64,000 nucleotides of DNA from Zygnema circumcarinatum SAG 698-1b (GCA_037447605.1 CM074804.1:5619909-5683908), one strand, 5' to 3'. Shown: positions 50,383 through 64,000, numbered from the stretch's first letter. The notes: a model not told the origin generated them from the sequence alone. Numbers and translations are program-made.

Positions 50383-53300
50383 TCACTCCGGAACCATCGA
50401 TGCGCCTTCCTCATCCTCACCAGACTCGTTGTCACTCCCATCTTCATCTTCATCCTCGCCGACATCGCTACTTGCGGCCCCATCTTCAGGTTCGTCAACC
50501 TCTACACCCTGCATACTCCCACTTTCACCTTTACTAAAATCGGTGCCAAAGTCGTAATCACTTCCTTCTTCATCTTCAACCTGCTGAGCTTTCCCTTTTG
50601 CTTCCTTTTTCCTTCGCTTCTTTTCTGCTTTGGCGAGCTTAGGATTCAATATACCTTCTGCATCGTATAGCTTCTGAGTCTGGCTCAAATATTCACGACC
50701 ACGGGCATTCACCGGCGTATCGTCGTCCATTCCGACTACCCCATCTCCTCTTCTTTCTTTGTAAGGCTTCTCATCCTCCTCCTCCTCCTCTTCATCTTCG
50801 GCAGCATCCTCCTCTTCACTTCTATCGTCTTCTTCATCACTCTGTCACTCAAGAACAGGAGCGCAGGCAACACAAGAACGGATAAGTCACAATGACAAAT
50901 GTCAAACCCACAATTCTACAGGAACCATAAAAATTACACACATCTGCAAGGAGCATTTTTGATCAGGCCAATAAATCCAACCCTACATACCACAAAATCA
51001 CTTAGCAAAAACGAGACTTGAGGACATCCAAGACCACCTTACTCTCGGCTAAAATTGGAGTTTTTGCGGTTGTATTCCTTTTCCAGAGCATCAACCCAAA
51101 CCCAAAATGAAAAAGGTAGGAGCACATCCAAAGACAGCAGAGCAACGAAGGAAGTGAATCGTTGATGTACTCTATCACAATCCATGAGCGAGTTCCTCTA
51201 GTTTATTCTCACCTTCACATCCTGCATGTCGATACTGGGTGGAGCCCCTGCAGGCACCTCTGTGAACATGGTAGATGGTAACGCGGGAAGCCCTTCAATG
51301 ACAGCTGTTTGCTCTCCCTTGAACACGTCCTCTACATCAAAATCCTTTCCCCATTCTGAAACTATGGCCGCCGAATCATGCTCTGCATTTGCATCCCTTT
51401 CTGGAGGGAGTGTGTAGTATGGAATCTTCCCTATAAAACAGATTGACAAGCCACCGTGCAAATAAGTGAGTTTTGAGTAGCCCCAGCAAGCACATCGACA
51501 GATCCTAATGGCACCGCTGCATTAGACTTGGAAGGGGCAGGAACTTTAGGAGCTAAGCAAATTCAACATGATCTGCGATAAAGGCCATGCCATAGGAGGC
51601 TGCCTTCCACTCGATCCAACATATATGTCACACAGAGACAACTTGCTTCGAACATCAATTGGCTCGACTTTGAAACGACGAACAGAAAACTCCACAAGGT
51701 GGGAAAATATCAGCACTATTGGCACCACGACATTTAGGAAAGACCATGAAGATATCTTAAGCAACTAACTCAAGGACAGCCACTGGCACCCAAGCATGCT
51801 CCGACATGAGACCAAGAATACATGGCTCCCAAGTCCAAGTGAGACGACTCTTCCACCAGTCGTCGACTCTCCTCACCTTCATTCCAATCTTTAAGCACAA
51901 CGCGAGCAGCAGCCATCGTGTCAGCAATTCCACCCTTTTTTAATTTGCCGCGAGCGAATGCCACACTACGAATGAACTCATCAACGTCTGCGAATCGTGC
52001 TATTTTGTAGAGCGCCATCAGCTTCTCTGTATGACAAAGGCGAAGAATCTGACGAACTGCACATGCACAAGATGCATGAGGTTTCAAAGCGACAATTAGG
52101 AGGAGGTATGCATAAGAGTGAGCTCGCATACCGTTCGTTCAATATGAAAAACTATTCGCTTTACTTTCTTGAAAAAAACAAAAGAACTCCGATTGATGCA
52201 TTCCAGGTTCAGCTGTATTCTGACCCAATCAACGGTTAAACTTGTTGAGATCGAGAGTCAATTAGAGCAGAAACTAATCTCCCAATGTTTTGCAACGAAA
52301 GATACTCTGCTCGACTGTCACGCAAGGACTGCACCATAAAGATACAGCGCTAGAATAGGCAAAAGAGACGATGTATACTGCAAAGCACGCTAGAAACGCA
52401 TCTATCCCAGTTCAAGCTGCAATCAACGATCCTTCATCTACATACCCGTACATCTTTCAAGAGTCATACAACTCTTCAGCAAAATCAAAAAGCTGTTGGC
52501 TTGAACTCCTCAGTAGCAAAATTTGCACCGAACATCTCACATGAAAAGACGCACAAAAACTGATTCAAACAAAGGCGCACGCAAAACACGCTGCCTACCC
52601 GGCGCAACAGGGTCGTCCAGCTGTTCAACTTTCACTGCATTCCGTAGGGCTGCCTCCACTTCCCCCCCCGCAGCAGATGCGAACACAATTCCGGGACAGT
52701 CGAGAAGCTTGACGTGTTTGTCAAGGTGAATCTCTTGCATGGCTTTGGTGACACCAGGAGTGGACCCCACATTGGCTACACGAGTTCGCTTCAACGAGTT
52801 GATGAGACTGCTCTTTCCCACGTTCGGGAAGCCAACAACACCCACCGTAATGGACGTTTTGAGCTGCAGGCACCAGAGTAAGGTACAGGTATGTCATTCT
52901 CAAGACCAGAGAGGCTTGACAACAGAAAAGAAATCCCTTCAACATACTTTACGAGAGTTCTTTGTCAAAGGTATGTGAAGGAGATGAAGGCCGTATACAT
53001 TTTGATACCATGGTCGCCATTATCTGCTGGTTTGATGCATCAGGTACGTGAACATCCTTAAAGACGAAACGGACCGTATAGTTGAGAGAAATGAGATTCT
53101 AAGCTTTTGGAGCACTCTTTTGAAGCTTGCGCACCTTCTGGTTGCGAGAATAGTTTTTGAGCAACTGCAGCAAAGTCTCAGCCCCAAGGCACTGGCTACT
53201 GTTCAGAGCTTCCGCAGCAGCTCCACCAAAGGACGGCTTAACTCCGAGATTAGTCTTCTGTGCTTGTGTGCTGCACTTGAAGGCAACAGTCGGTAGCTCT

Positions 53301-55686
53301 TGTCGGAGATACTTGAGCCACTTCTCCACTACTTCTCGAGGCACAAGATCTGCACAAGTGAAAAAAGGGAAAGAAAACTCGAGTGTTTTTACATTCACAG
53401 GCTCTATACCAGCATCCAACAGAAGAAAGAGCCTGGTGTGAGAAAGCGGAAACTAAGAAGAAAACAGACGTAGTTAAAGGAAAAGAGTGAAAGTGGAAAT
53501 TGATAAGGAGTGTGAAAGTGTAAGGGATGATGCGGACTTGAACAAAATGCAATTCTATGAAACAGTCGCCTGCCAAGAGGGCAACTTGTCAACAAGTAGC
53601 AGAATAGAAAGCACAGTTTACTGAACTCAAAAAGCATCAGAGGCGGTGTTCCCAAAAAGTCGACCCACTTCCAGGAACTTCAAGAAGACATATGTTAAAG
53701 AAATGCTGAAAGCAGAAAAATCCAATAACTGCAGAACAACACCATTCTGTCTGGGCAAAGAGAAGGCTGGGAATTGGCGGCCCTGACCAATCTTGTTGAG
53801 CAGCAGCACCACGCGCTTGTGGGTCCCGCTCTTCATCACCATCCGTTCAACCTCCAAACAACGGCAGCCGACTGGGTCACGTGCATCCAGCACTTGAATA
53901 ACCACATCAGCTGCCTCAATCACCTTCTGAAACTCACGGTAGAAGGCACGTCTCGAGCCATCTGCAGGCATATCCGAGAAAAGACGGTTAATCAGTTAAT
54001 AAGAAACGATACGTCCCTCATGTCACGCAATAACTAACATAAAGCTGAAGAAACTGGATTGATAACCCCTGCATGAGACAGAAGCAAAATTCATTTGAAC
54101 GTGCTTGAACTGGACGAGGTGAGAGGAAAGTTCCATAGGCAACAAACTTGTCTCAATTCTTGACTTACCCTTGGTACCATTGCTCGCATCCACATCTGTT
54201 TTTTGTCGTTTTCTACGTTCAAATTCTACATCACGCTTCTTTGCATCCTTTGCTAGCCTTGCCAACGATGCATCTTCTGACTGTCCGTCCACAGGCTCAA
54301 GCAGCCCAGCCCTCCTCTTGGCTTGCTGCCACACAATGCATACTGGAAGGTCAGAATAGAGTGGTTCGTAGTTGCAATCATTTTGCCACAACATTAAGCT
54401 TCATTGTTCCCAACTGCATCTTTAGAACTCGAAAAGACAGCTCTACGAATGAGCGAGACCGTGGCAAGGCTTGGAAGGAAATGTAATACAATGCGCCAGA
54501 ACATGGGGTCGGGCACAAATGATTGTAATAGCGGGACCTTCACTCGGCTCACTTTGCTCATATTACTGAATACTGGCGCGCTTATTGCTCATATTCTCAC
54601 CCTCTGGCTCATTAGAACAAACTTACAACAAAGCAGTGCACTGAGGGGTAGCCAGAAACACAGAATGCAAGCAGTCATCACATGATCACATTTGTTTCTC
54701 GATTTTTTCAGAAATCACATAAGAAAGGCGTGCAAATGAAAATACAGTCGTGATGCCATGCGTATCAATGCACAAAGCATGGCATTCAAATCTGAACGAA
54801 TCACCTATTCCCACGCTGAGCTGCAGAATCCGCCATTCATGAGTGCGTTAATGTTGCATGTCCTATGTTGAAAGATTAAAGAAGAAGATTAATCTGTTCG
54901 TCAACGGTGCATACATTGTCGTACTAATTTCGTCAGGTACACTTCAAGCCTCTAGTATTGTAAGGCCTGGCCTTAACCGACGGAGATGAGATAACGAGGC
55001 TAACTTCTCCAGCCCAGTGTCTCAAAAAAAGCTTAAAACTCGTCTTTGCAGTCGCCTAACTGGGATGCCGGTAAAATTTATTGCTCTCGACAAGTATGTA
55101 CTAACCATATCTAAGAGAAGCAATATGACGAATCACATGCACGATTAAACAAAACATGTCGAGCTTGAGTTGGGATCAGCACACACCCGCTCTTTCCTTT
55201 CTTGTTTCTTCTTTTCAACTTCCTCGAGGACCTTCTGCCTTCGTTCCTCAAGCGCTGCAAGCTCCTGTTCTCGGAAAGGCCAAGCGGTGGGTATGCCTGG
55301 GTCTTTTTCCACCTGCTTGCGCTTGTTGCCTTGCTGTTCCTGCTTTTTCTCTTCTTTGGCCTTCTTCTTGTGGTGCTCCTTCACCTTTTTCAGGATTTTA
55401 TATTTCTTGCGCAATGGCATGCGCTTGCTCTTGCTTTCTGTATCCATAAGGAACACATATTCATAAATCCCTTATTCGACATTGTTTCAAAATCAAAGTC
55501 CTCTAACTTCAATTCGGAATTGGCTGTAGATGTAACAGAGCGGGCATCATTATAAAGGATAAAAAACAAAAAAGACCACTCAGAAGCTCAAGCAGACCAA
55601 ACCACAAGCCTACAAAGTTGAGCTCCCTTTCAAAGATATCAATCAAACCCAGCACGACTGCACTTACTCTTGCTTTTCTTCACCAT
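50383..55686 (-). CDS. NSN1: nucleostemin-like circularly permuted nucleolar GTPase (GNL3/Nug1 family)
   Basis: 19-nt first exon (55686-55668) giving MVKKSK|KSKSKR, then [34 protein letters not shown]|DLVP (G4), GFPNVGKS (G1, 52810-52833), LLDCPG (G3), GKLKKGG, DWNEGKIPYY and an acidic tail with YDFGTDF. Confidence 0.96.
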
Positions 55687-56048
55687 CTTGCCTGCCCTTT
55701 CGCAGCTGGAAACAGTACGAGAAAGTTTGCTTCTTGACGAGAGGAGAGCACTGCTGCAGAAGGTGCAGAGTGCGGCGAGGAACCGGGAGGGGAGTCAGTC
55801 AGACAGCGGCGGAGGAAGAGGCGGAGGCGGCCGAGTGCAGTGCAGAGCCGAACCGCCGCATTCGATGGACAGTTCTCGGTTCAGTTCGGGTTCGTAAGGA
55901 GGCGCTGCGGCCTGCAGGCAGTGGGCAGGGCCTCTTGGAGCCTTCAAGAGGAGATGTGGAGGGTAACGTGTGCAGCGCAACGCTGACTTTGCTAGAAGTT
56001 GCATGGAAAGGTCCATGAAGAAGCGGTGGTGAGGAGGAGCTGGCTGAG
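55687..56048. promoter_or_regulatory. putative bidirectional promoter shared by NSN1 and TOR1-like
   Basis: Only 362 bp separate the two divergent ATGs. Confidence 0.55.
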
Positions 56049-59000
56049 ATGGGATCGTTATACCACTTGAGGGGGCTGTCAAGCTCAGCCGCTCCCAGCC
56101 AAAATTTTCTGATAGAATTGAAGCAGCTCATTCTTAAAGCTCTTGCAAAACTGAACGACAGAGATACGCAACACAATGGCGTCTTGGAGCTTGAAAGAAT
56201 TGCTCTGGAGATGCCTTACGAGGGAATTCCCATATTTTTGGCTTGTCTGTATGACACAGACGATAATCAAAAAACTTCAGCTCGGAAGGAATGCATTAAG
56301 TGAGTTTCATAGTTCCTGTTGCCTGGAGCTGCTTTGATTGCAGTCAGCTTTTCGAATCTAAAATGAAGTGCGCAGGACTGATTGTTTACCTTTAGCGATT
56401 TTTTTGTGGTTTGACTTGGTGGAATAGCTGTGTCAGTATGTCCAAGTATTTCGTTAAGGGAACTTGTGGCTTCGACGATAGCTCTGCCAAGCAAGCACTA
56501 AACTATTACACCTTCCAAAACATCCGAGTGCCGTAGTATCTCGAAGAGCTTGTTGAACTCCTTTAGCAATGTACCTACTCCCTCACGTTGACTGTTCGAA
56601 ACTGGAGATACCCTGTGGCTGTTGAGCAAAGTAGATGGAGGCCAGCTGAACAAGTTGACACGCTTAAGATCTGATTTAATGTGATGTCTTTTGCCCAGGA
56701 TGTTCGGAGTTCTGTCTGCTTTTCATGGGGAACTTATTATTCCTCACCTTTCCAAAATAGTGGCTGCTGTGGTTCGACGCTTTAAGGACACAGATTCAGG
56801 GATCAGCCAAGCGTGCGCTGACGCAATGGGAACCTTGATAAGGAATCTCAGTGTCGCTGGGGGCAAGGTTGGAGTATACGACCGTCAGATGATTTCTGGA
56901 TTCTTTTTCAGACCGTTATTGGATGCGCTTGGTGAGCAGAATAAGAATGCGCAAGTGGCAGCTGTTCTATGCTTGGACAAGGTGATGCAAAATACGACGG
57001 AGCCTTTGGAAGGGAGCATTTCGCGCCTTCTACCCCGCTTTTACAAGGCTCTAAGCAAGCCTGGATTCTTTGCAAAGGGGCCTCTCATTAATGCCATCGG
57101 AACATTGATAGAGGTCAGCTCACAGGCTCAGCAGCCATTTGCAAATTTGTGTGAAAAGTCTGCGATCCGAGGCGAATGCGAAAGGAGGTACAGGACTAAC
57201 TGCTGCATGTTTTTGGAATCTAGTGCGTCTACCTGTCTGTCTTGACACGAAGTTTGAAGCCCACTTGAAAGATATTTTTAGCTTTTATGCTTTTTATACC
57301 AAGTTGATACCATTATAGAGGATCCGTATGCTTTGCTTATTGGAAATTTTGATGAAAAAGTTGGAATTGTTTTCACCAATCAGGTCCGCACATATCTTTC
57401 GTTCCCGATAAATTTTGACTCTACGACTGCTTAGCCCTTCTGACTTTATGATCTTTTCTACTTCTTCTCAAATCTCTAGGGATTTACCATTGTGTGTGCC
57501 GCCTTTCCTGAATTCCATGACAAGTATGTTTTTCCAATGGACGTTTCTGATATTCTGCCTCTCAGGTGACTGGGCCAGTTATGGTTGATTATTTACCTAC
57601 TTTAATGCCGGTTCTGCAAGAAGCCCTAAGCAATTCTGATTGGATTACAAGAAAATCTGCAACGGAGACATTAGGAAATATGATCAGCAGGTTGGGCGCT
57701 GCTCCTCTTATGGACTACAAGATCAGCACGTTGGCTGCATTGGAAGGCTGTCGTTCTGACAAGGTGATCACGACAAATGTTCTTTCATCCCTAGATATAC
57801 GTGCTTGAACAGATATGTTTTTTTTTTGTAGAAGTATTTTCCTGACGACGCGGAAGAAGTTGAACTGACAGTTGGTGCATACTACAATGTTTTTCGCAAT
57901 TGCACTGGAAAACGATGATTGAGAAGGAAGTCCAGGTAACTTTCCACTTTGAATGTGTTAACATCTCAACTGTTTCTTGTATTCGTATAGCCGTGTCTCA
58001 TCTACATCCTTTCTAGTGACGGATTTAAACTGAGTGTTTGGCAGTGGGCTGCATTCCCGTGAATTTCAATTATTTTTTTCACTGACATGTTACAACCAAT
58101 CGGCCTACAATGTCACCAGTTCAGGGGCCATCTTCCAGCACTTGACATAATTTAACCAAACCATTAGAAGTTGATATAGGGAGGTGCAGAAGGTTCCACT
58201 GCTGTCTGCGTATCTGCTTTCAGTTTCATTGTTTGTCAGCACTTGATTTACATTTATCCAGAATTAGTCTGGTTTTGCTCGCTGCTGTTGCTAAATGTGA
58301 GAAAAGGTGCAGCTCTTATAACTCTTAAAACTGCAGCTCATATAATTTATCCGATTCTATTTCGAGTGGGCTTCGGTGATTGACTTTCATTAATGGGTAC
58401 GGAGCAGGTGAAACCAGTGCGAGAGAGTGCATTGAAATCCTTCCCACTCTGGCAGGATGTGCCTGGGCCAACAGTTTCGAAAAGGCAACTTCAGTCCCCT
58501 AATAGGACCATTGCAGGTCCTGCTGGAGGTCTGTGGCTTCTCATATCATCTTAGGATCTCACCCGTGGACTTGCTGACTTTCACCGACACTTTCTTTCGC
58601 TTATTCTGCGAATTAGATTATCTACCATATGAGCAGTCTACTGCCAAATACATTGAGGCTCCGTATTGTACTGATGCCGTAATCTTCTCCTGCTTTGCAG
58701 ACCGCTCACCTGCGACTATGCCGTCTGCATCACCACGACATTCTGGAAGACTATCACCAAGCGCCTCTCTGACTTCAGAAAGATCTGCGCCATCTACATT
58801 TATCACGGGTTCATTCTTCTCTCGATCAAAAACCAGCAACTACACGTCATCGTTTGAGGCAGCTAACTCACCACCTGTTAAACCAGCATACTTGTCCCCA
58901 CCTCTGCCACGGGCTCCCGAACTGCCTCCAGCATCTGTAACCCGCGGGAAGGTTGATATTGACGACTTCCCCTCAACCTCGCAAGACGAAGAAAATCCAC

Positions 59001-62000
59001 CTTCGAGAAATGATGCCAGGACACTTGACTCTGTGCAGCTGAAGCGACAATCACTTGCTCAATTGATGAAGGAGAACAGGCGTCGTTTCAAGCAGGCTCA
59101 GGTTGCTACGGACAGTGGCCCAAGTTGGCAGGTGGAAATTGCAGTAGCAGGTGAAAAGGAGCCCACTTTGATGGTTCTTAAAGATGAAGAAATGGAGGAT
59201 ATGGAAGAGGAAGACTCCTTACGAATCACCAGGGTCCAACCTGGAGTTGGAGATCGTTTGGAGTCTGAGGGCATAGAACCAAAAGAGAATACTTCCTTTC
59301 TAGCTATACAAGAGGCAAATTCTAGCCAGACGAGTTCTGGAATTAAACTGGTCACAGACGTTCCAAATCTTGTTGGGGACATGGAAAATCTGGTGAAACC
59401 AGCAAGGCCAGGTCGTCTTAATATTGAGACTGAAAATGAAAGTTCAGTCCTGTCAATTTCTGCAGAGAGTGATATGTTTTTGAACATGGGGCATAAGACA
59501 GTGAGGGTTAATGAGAAAGGCAAGAGAGTTTTAGAGTTCCCTACAACGTCCTCTGGGATGGTAGTTATTAACACAGATGTTGAGACAGAGGTTGAAACGA
59601 GATGGATGGCCTCAATGGAACATACGGTGGAGAAGGATGGGAGCAGCAGTGGAGGCAGAGCTTTAGGATCGTCCACAGAGGACAATCAAGGGACAGAACG
59701 TAGAAGTGAAGGGGAGCAGTCACTTCTTGAGAATGCATCAAAGAACTTGTTGGAGCATCACAAGAAAGGAGAAGAATATTTTTTTGAAAGGGATTGGCCT
59801 AATCCAGAGAGGCAGGGAATGACTGGGAAGCGGCGGGACGACCAGAAGAGCTTGGAAGTTGTAGCTGTCTCGAGTGTCGGGGTAAGTCCTGAGAAGGACA
59901 ACAATCTTAGTGTAAGGTCCAGTGACTTGCATGAATCCACGAGTCATGTTTCCAGAGGTCAGTCCGGCGCATCACCACATGACCCTCAGAGTCGGAGTTT
60001 TGTCATTGAACGCCAAGTTCAGTCTCTCCTTCGTGGTGGGTCGGATGACTCCCTGGTGTTGAGGACTTCGGATGGAGGGGAGCGTATACCAGGAGGGCAG
60101 ATTCATATTGTGGAACAAGGGGAAGCACATGGCTCTGACTTGAGGTTGTCCTCAGAGTCTGAAGGCCGTCGAAGTGGCCGAACTCAGAGTATCAATGGAG
60201 GGTCGGTGCACTCCCGAACGTCAGCTGGAATGGCAGAATCAGGGCCACCATCGGTGACTGTGAACGGATCACAAGAATCTCTTGGAGGAATTTCTGGTCC
60301 AGGAGCGGAAGATGATCTAGAGGTACAACCAACTGCTGGTTCAGAAGAGCACATGGAAGGTGGAAGGTTGGAATGGTCTTTTGATGAAGCTGCTGTTCTC
60401 AGATCTATTGAAAACCTACGGCAATTGGCTGCTGGGGTACGTAGGGCAGGTGCTAGACACGAGGGCGATTGGGCTGGGGCAGAACCTTTGAGGGATTCTC
60501 GGTATGATGCGCTGAGTGAGGGCAGTGAGGGAGAGGAGCAAGATTCAGGAAGGGGTCAAGACGAGACGAAAGGGTTCAGCGAGCAGCTGCTGCGCATGGA
60601 GCAGCAACAAGCACGTCTTTTAAGTATGATGCAGGTATTGGGCGGACCTCAATGTCTACCTTCTTTTTTTGGAACCTGAATTGCCTTCCGTTGAATCTGG
60701 AGCATTCTCCTGGCTCGGTGAAAGCAGCTTCGATGAGTCCTGAAAGTTTTGATAATATTTTAGCGGGAGCTCAGTTCCATGCTTTGTTTGTGTGATGTCT
60801 TTTTTGTCGATGCATTTTTATGCATTGATTTGATGGTTTGGACAAGACGATATCAATCTTTTTGTTCGCTTGATTTCATTTATGGACTTGTGCCAGGTTG
60901 TCTCTTCCACCTCACAAAATTTACTTCAGACTTTTGTCTGACAAGCAATGTCAAATTGGTGTGCAGGCTTTTATGGGAGCCACTCAAAGTACGTTGAAGA
61001 GAGTGGAGACTCGCATGCACAGCCTAGAGCAAGTTGTGCAAGGTATGGCGATTGAGCAGGCAAGATGGCGCGCCCACGCGCACACAGTTGAATCGACCCC
61101 CTCTGCGGGTCAGACGAATCAGCCGTCTAGTAGGAATTCAGAGGATATCGCTTCCACTGCAGAGGCAGATGAAAGCACACGTCAAGTTTCTCAAGTTCAT
61201 GAACGGCATGCAGGTGGCAGTGAGACAGCTCAAGTTGACAGTTTTGGCAAGCTGGAGGACGCCGTGCCTGTAGATTCCAAGTCTGCATGGGAAGAATCGC
61301 AGAGGCTTCAGATGAATGACACTGCTGCTGACGGAGAAGCTGGAAACGAGGAAACTATTACTTGGGAAGAGAGTGGAAATCTGAGACAGATTAGTGGATT
61401 CTTTAGTGGAGAAACATCAAGGGACAAATTTGTGTATAATTCTGGCAGTGAACAAAGTGGGACAACATATGCGATAGAGAGAAATATGAACCCTGCATCA
61501 TGGTCATGGAGTAGTGCAGCCGAGCTCTTAAGAGTGGGGAATGTAGATGAAGCTTATATGAAGGGAGTGAAAACAGGAGACACAAGTATACTGGTTCGTC
61601 TCATGGGAAGAACTGGACCAAAACTGGGAGAACTTCGGCAAGAAACAGCTGTGGAAGTATTGCGTTTCCTTCTCGGGCTTTTGGAACGTAACGAGTACAT
61701 GGACTATGTGCTGCCATGGATCCGACAGGTATGAACTTCAAGTCCATCCGCTGCTGATGGTGCTACGTCCGGCGTATGTTTAGTTGTGATGGAGTAGTTT
61801 TCTGGCAAGGATCATGGAATTCAACGGCATCACTTTTGTGCTTGTTTCCATGGTGCTGTGGCAGTAATGCTGTTCATGTAAATCATGGACACAGGACTGT
61901 ATCCCTATGTGAACAACTAATGATGGTGTTGAGCTTTTTTATGGTCAAGCAGGATTGATCCCCAGCTGTTGCCCATGCAATGTTTGCTAGCGCAAGCTGG

Positions 62001-62504
62001 AGCCTGATGACACTGACCTGCACTATCACTGCACCTGACCTGCACTGACCTGCACTGCAATTATTTTAGCAGAATATATTGCTGTGCTCTGTAGGCCAAG
62101 TCGGAATCAGAACTACCGAGCTCAAAAACTGTCCTCAGAGTGAAAACACTATGTTGGCACTGTGACTCGTCGACGAGGAATCTATGTTTCTCCTGGACTG
62201 TTAAAACCGTGATATCTGGTCTGACCTTTTTCCCATATTCATCATGCACTCTGCGGCAACACCCTTGAGGTAGGTTCCACGTCCTGTTCTCATCCTTGTT
62301 TCTTACCCACACTACTTGTTCCTCTCCGTGCAGCTGGTGGAGATGGCCGTGGGAGAAAATGGCGTGTATTTGGAATTTCCGTCGGACATGAAGTGGCAGA
62401 CGATTGCAGGGCTGCAGGCACACTCGCAGGTTCTCAAGGTCGGTTGGACGGGGCCAATGGCAAAGCAGCTGGCTGATCAGCTGTCAGGTGTCTGGCTCAG
62501 CTAA
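56049..62504 (+). CDS. TOR1: TORTIFOLIA1/SPIRAL2-like HEAT-repeat microtubule-associated protein
   Basis: Exons 56049-56299, 56699-57113, 57566-~57762, 58408-58516, 58701-60634, 60967-61728, 62334-62504. Motifs ELKQLILKALAKLNDRDT, RRFKDTDSG, EQNKNAQ, DWITRKSA, EGCRSDK|VKPVRES, coiled coil EQQQARLLSMMQ|AFMG..LETRMHSLE, and C-terminal LRVGNVDEAY..LVRLMGRTGP..LPWIRQ. Confidence 0.93.
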
Positions 62505-62809
62505 CACGATAAGTGACTCCTGGCAGGGTGCAGAGCTGTCCTTTATTCTGACCATGTTTTTGGATATGGCACACTTAATTGTGCATGGCTCAAGGCTAGT
62601 CCGCTGACTTCTCATGCGAACCATGATCTTGGCAAGATCGTCCTTTTATTTTCTCCAATTGAATTGTATGTTGTTGTTGTCACCCTAAATTTGACTCGCT
62701 GGTAAGAGCGCACCCACAAAAGTCTGAAGATTAATGGAAGATTTTAGGCCGCTTTTGTTTTCTGAAGTTTTGAATGATGTGCTTTGCAGTTTTGAGTCTG
62801 TCAGTGTTG

Positions 62810-63432
62810 CACAAGTCGGACCCATTGGATCAACCATTGCAATGGTTGCGAACCGTTAGATCGCGGGCCTGCCAACCATTGCCAATGCTTGCGGACCATT
62901 GGATCGAGAGCCAGCCAACCATTGCCCGGACCATTGGATCGCGACTCAACCAACCATTGCCAATGGATCCGAACCATTGGATGGTCAGTAACCATTGCCA
63001 ATGGTCGGAACCATTGGATTCAATGATTGCCAGCCATTTCCTATGGTCCACAACATTGGATTCAAGAGTTTGTCATTTATATTGGATTTTAATAGCAAAA
63101 AATATCAATTCTGTTATATAACGGTTATATTACTTTCAATATATATAACGAGTCGACAGTTGGAATTCGGCTTTCTGCGGAGGAAAAATTGCCTTTTCTA
63201 ATGGTTGCAACCACTGCAATAGTTGCCAACCATTGGATTAATCGTTGGTTGCGTCCAATGATTGCCAACCATCGCAAAGGTTGTCAACCATTGCCATCGG
63301 ACCGAAACAACCATTGCCAATGGTTCCGAACCGTTGTATTCAATGGTTGCCAGCCATGGCAATGGTTGCAAACCATTGGATCGTCCAACCATTGCCATCC
63401 AATGGTTGTCCAATGTTTACCAATCCAATGTG
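62810..63432. mobile_element. second full-length copy of the CACAGG-TIR palindromic-array element, with AT-rich core
   Basis: Left end CACAAGTCGGACCCATTGGATC. 63382-63432 matches the reverse complement of 14560-14620 with 3 mismatches and a 10-nt deletion. Flanks CAGTGTTG / CAATGTTG form a 7/8 TSD. Confidence 0.85.
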
Positions 63433-64000
63433 CAATGTTGTCCATGCTGCCGCTGGCTGCTCTGTTGACGCGCGTGGCACACCTCTTGTCTTCCGAGATG
63501 AGAAGGCCGACCTCTTGTCCGGCTTCAAGCCTGCAAGCAAGGAGGGGCACTTGAGACAGTCCTGCAGCCTCAACATGCAGAGTGGTTGAGGCAGGGAGCG
63601 GACAAACGAATGGACACCCTTGTTGCTTATGTCTTGGCTTTATTGTGAAAGGGAGGTTATTAGGTGGGGGACTTTTTCATGGACTTGGCGAGTCTTTGAA
63701 TGGAGATCCTTTCGGAAGTATACCACGACCAGCCTCTCGTCCTATATGCCCTCAAACCAAACCTTGTGCCATGCTAGGCCTTCTATTTCTGTGAATCGAG
63801 AATAACATTCCACTGGACGCGCCTCAGGAGAAGTGAAGTCCACACATATGGTCTACATTTGTTCTCACCCGGATTGACCGCATCTTACCTGAATGAGCCA
63901 AACGATCGAGAGTATTCGAACCACAAATTGAAGGAAAGGTCACTTTCTAGACATTGGGACGTCACCGGTCGAATGGGCATTTACAACTCTCAGGCCCGAA

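Noticed and set aside
58457-58700. ORF-track start at 58457 for the 740-aa ORF
   Set aside because: This stretch is mostly TOR1-like intron 4 read in frame; the true exon starts at 58701.
63440-64000. Trp-rich short ORF (RWGTFSWTWRVFEWRSFRKY) at the window end
   Set aside because: Short, no family recognised, and it cannot be evaluated without downstream sequence.

Overview
Eukaryotic, intron-rich genomic DNA from a green-plant (streptophyte) lineage; the species cannot be determined from the sequence. There is one 10-N assembly gap (9277-9286). I found no prokaryotic systems, CRISPR arrays, rRNA or tRNA genes. Splice chains were reconstructed by hand, with reading-frame phase checked at most junctions. 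Genes in order: a subfamily-VIII/RSL-like bHLH, pICln, an unidentified gap-spanning gene, a small plastid-type membrane protein, CGFS glutaredoxin GRXS14, P5A-ATPase (PDR2/SPF1), a J-domain/DUF3752-type protein, a DUF4079 protein, a large orphan gene, a PLAC8 protein, nucleostemin-like GTPase NSN1 and a TORTIFOLIA1/SPIRAL2-like protein. Main unexplained structures: (1) three copies of a non-autonomous DNA-transposon family with CACAGGTCGGACCATTGG termini, 8-bp target-site duplications (two copies) and interiors built from arrays of palindromic AACCATTG/CAATGGTT units, with termini fitting the P-superfamily pattern better than hAT; (2) an open TRS23/TRAPPC4 C-terminal coding fragment lying antisense inside a 405-bp intron; (3) a three-copy dispersed repeat (up to ~130 bp) with a conserved hairpin; (4) a G-box/ABRE cluster and microsatellite block upstream of the orphan gene. 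Family assignments rest on motifs recalled from known proteins; no database searches were run.
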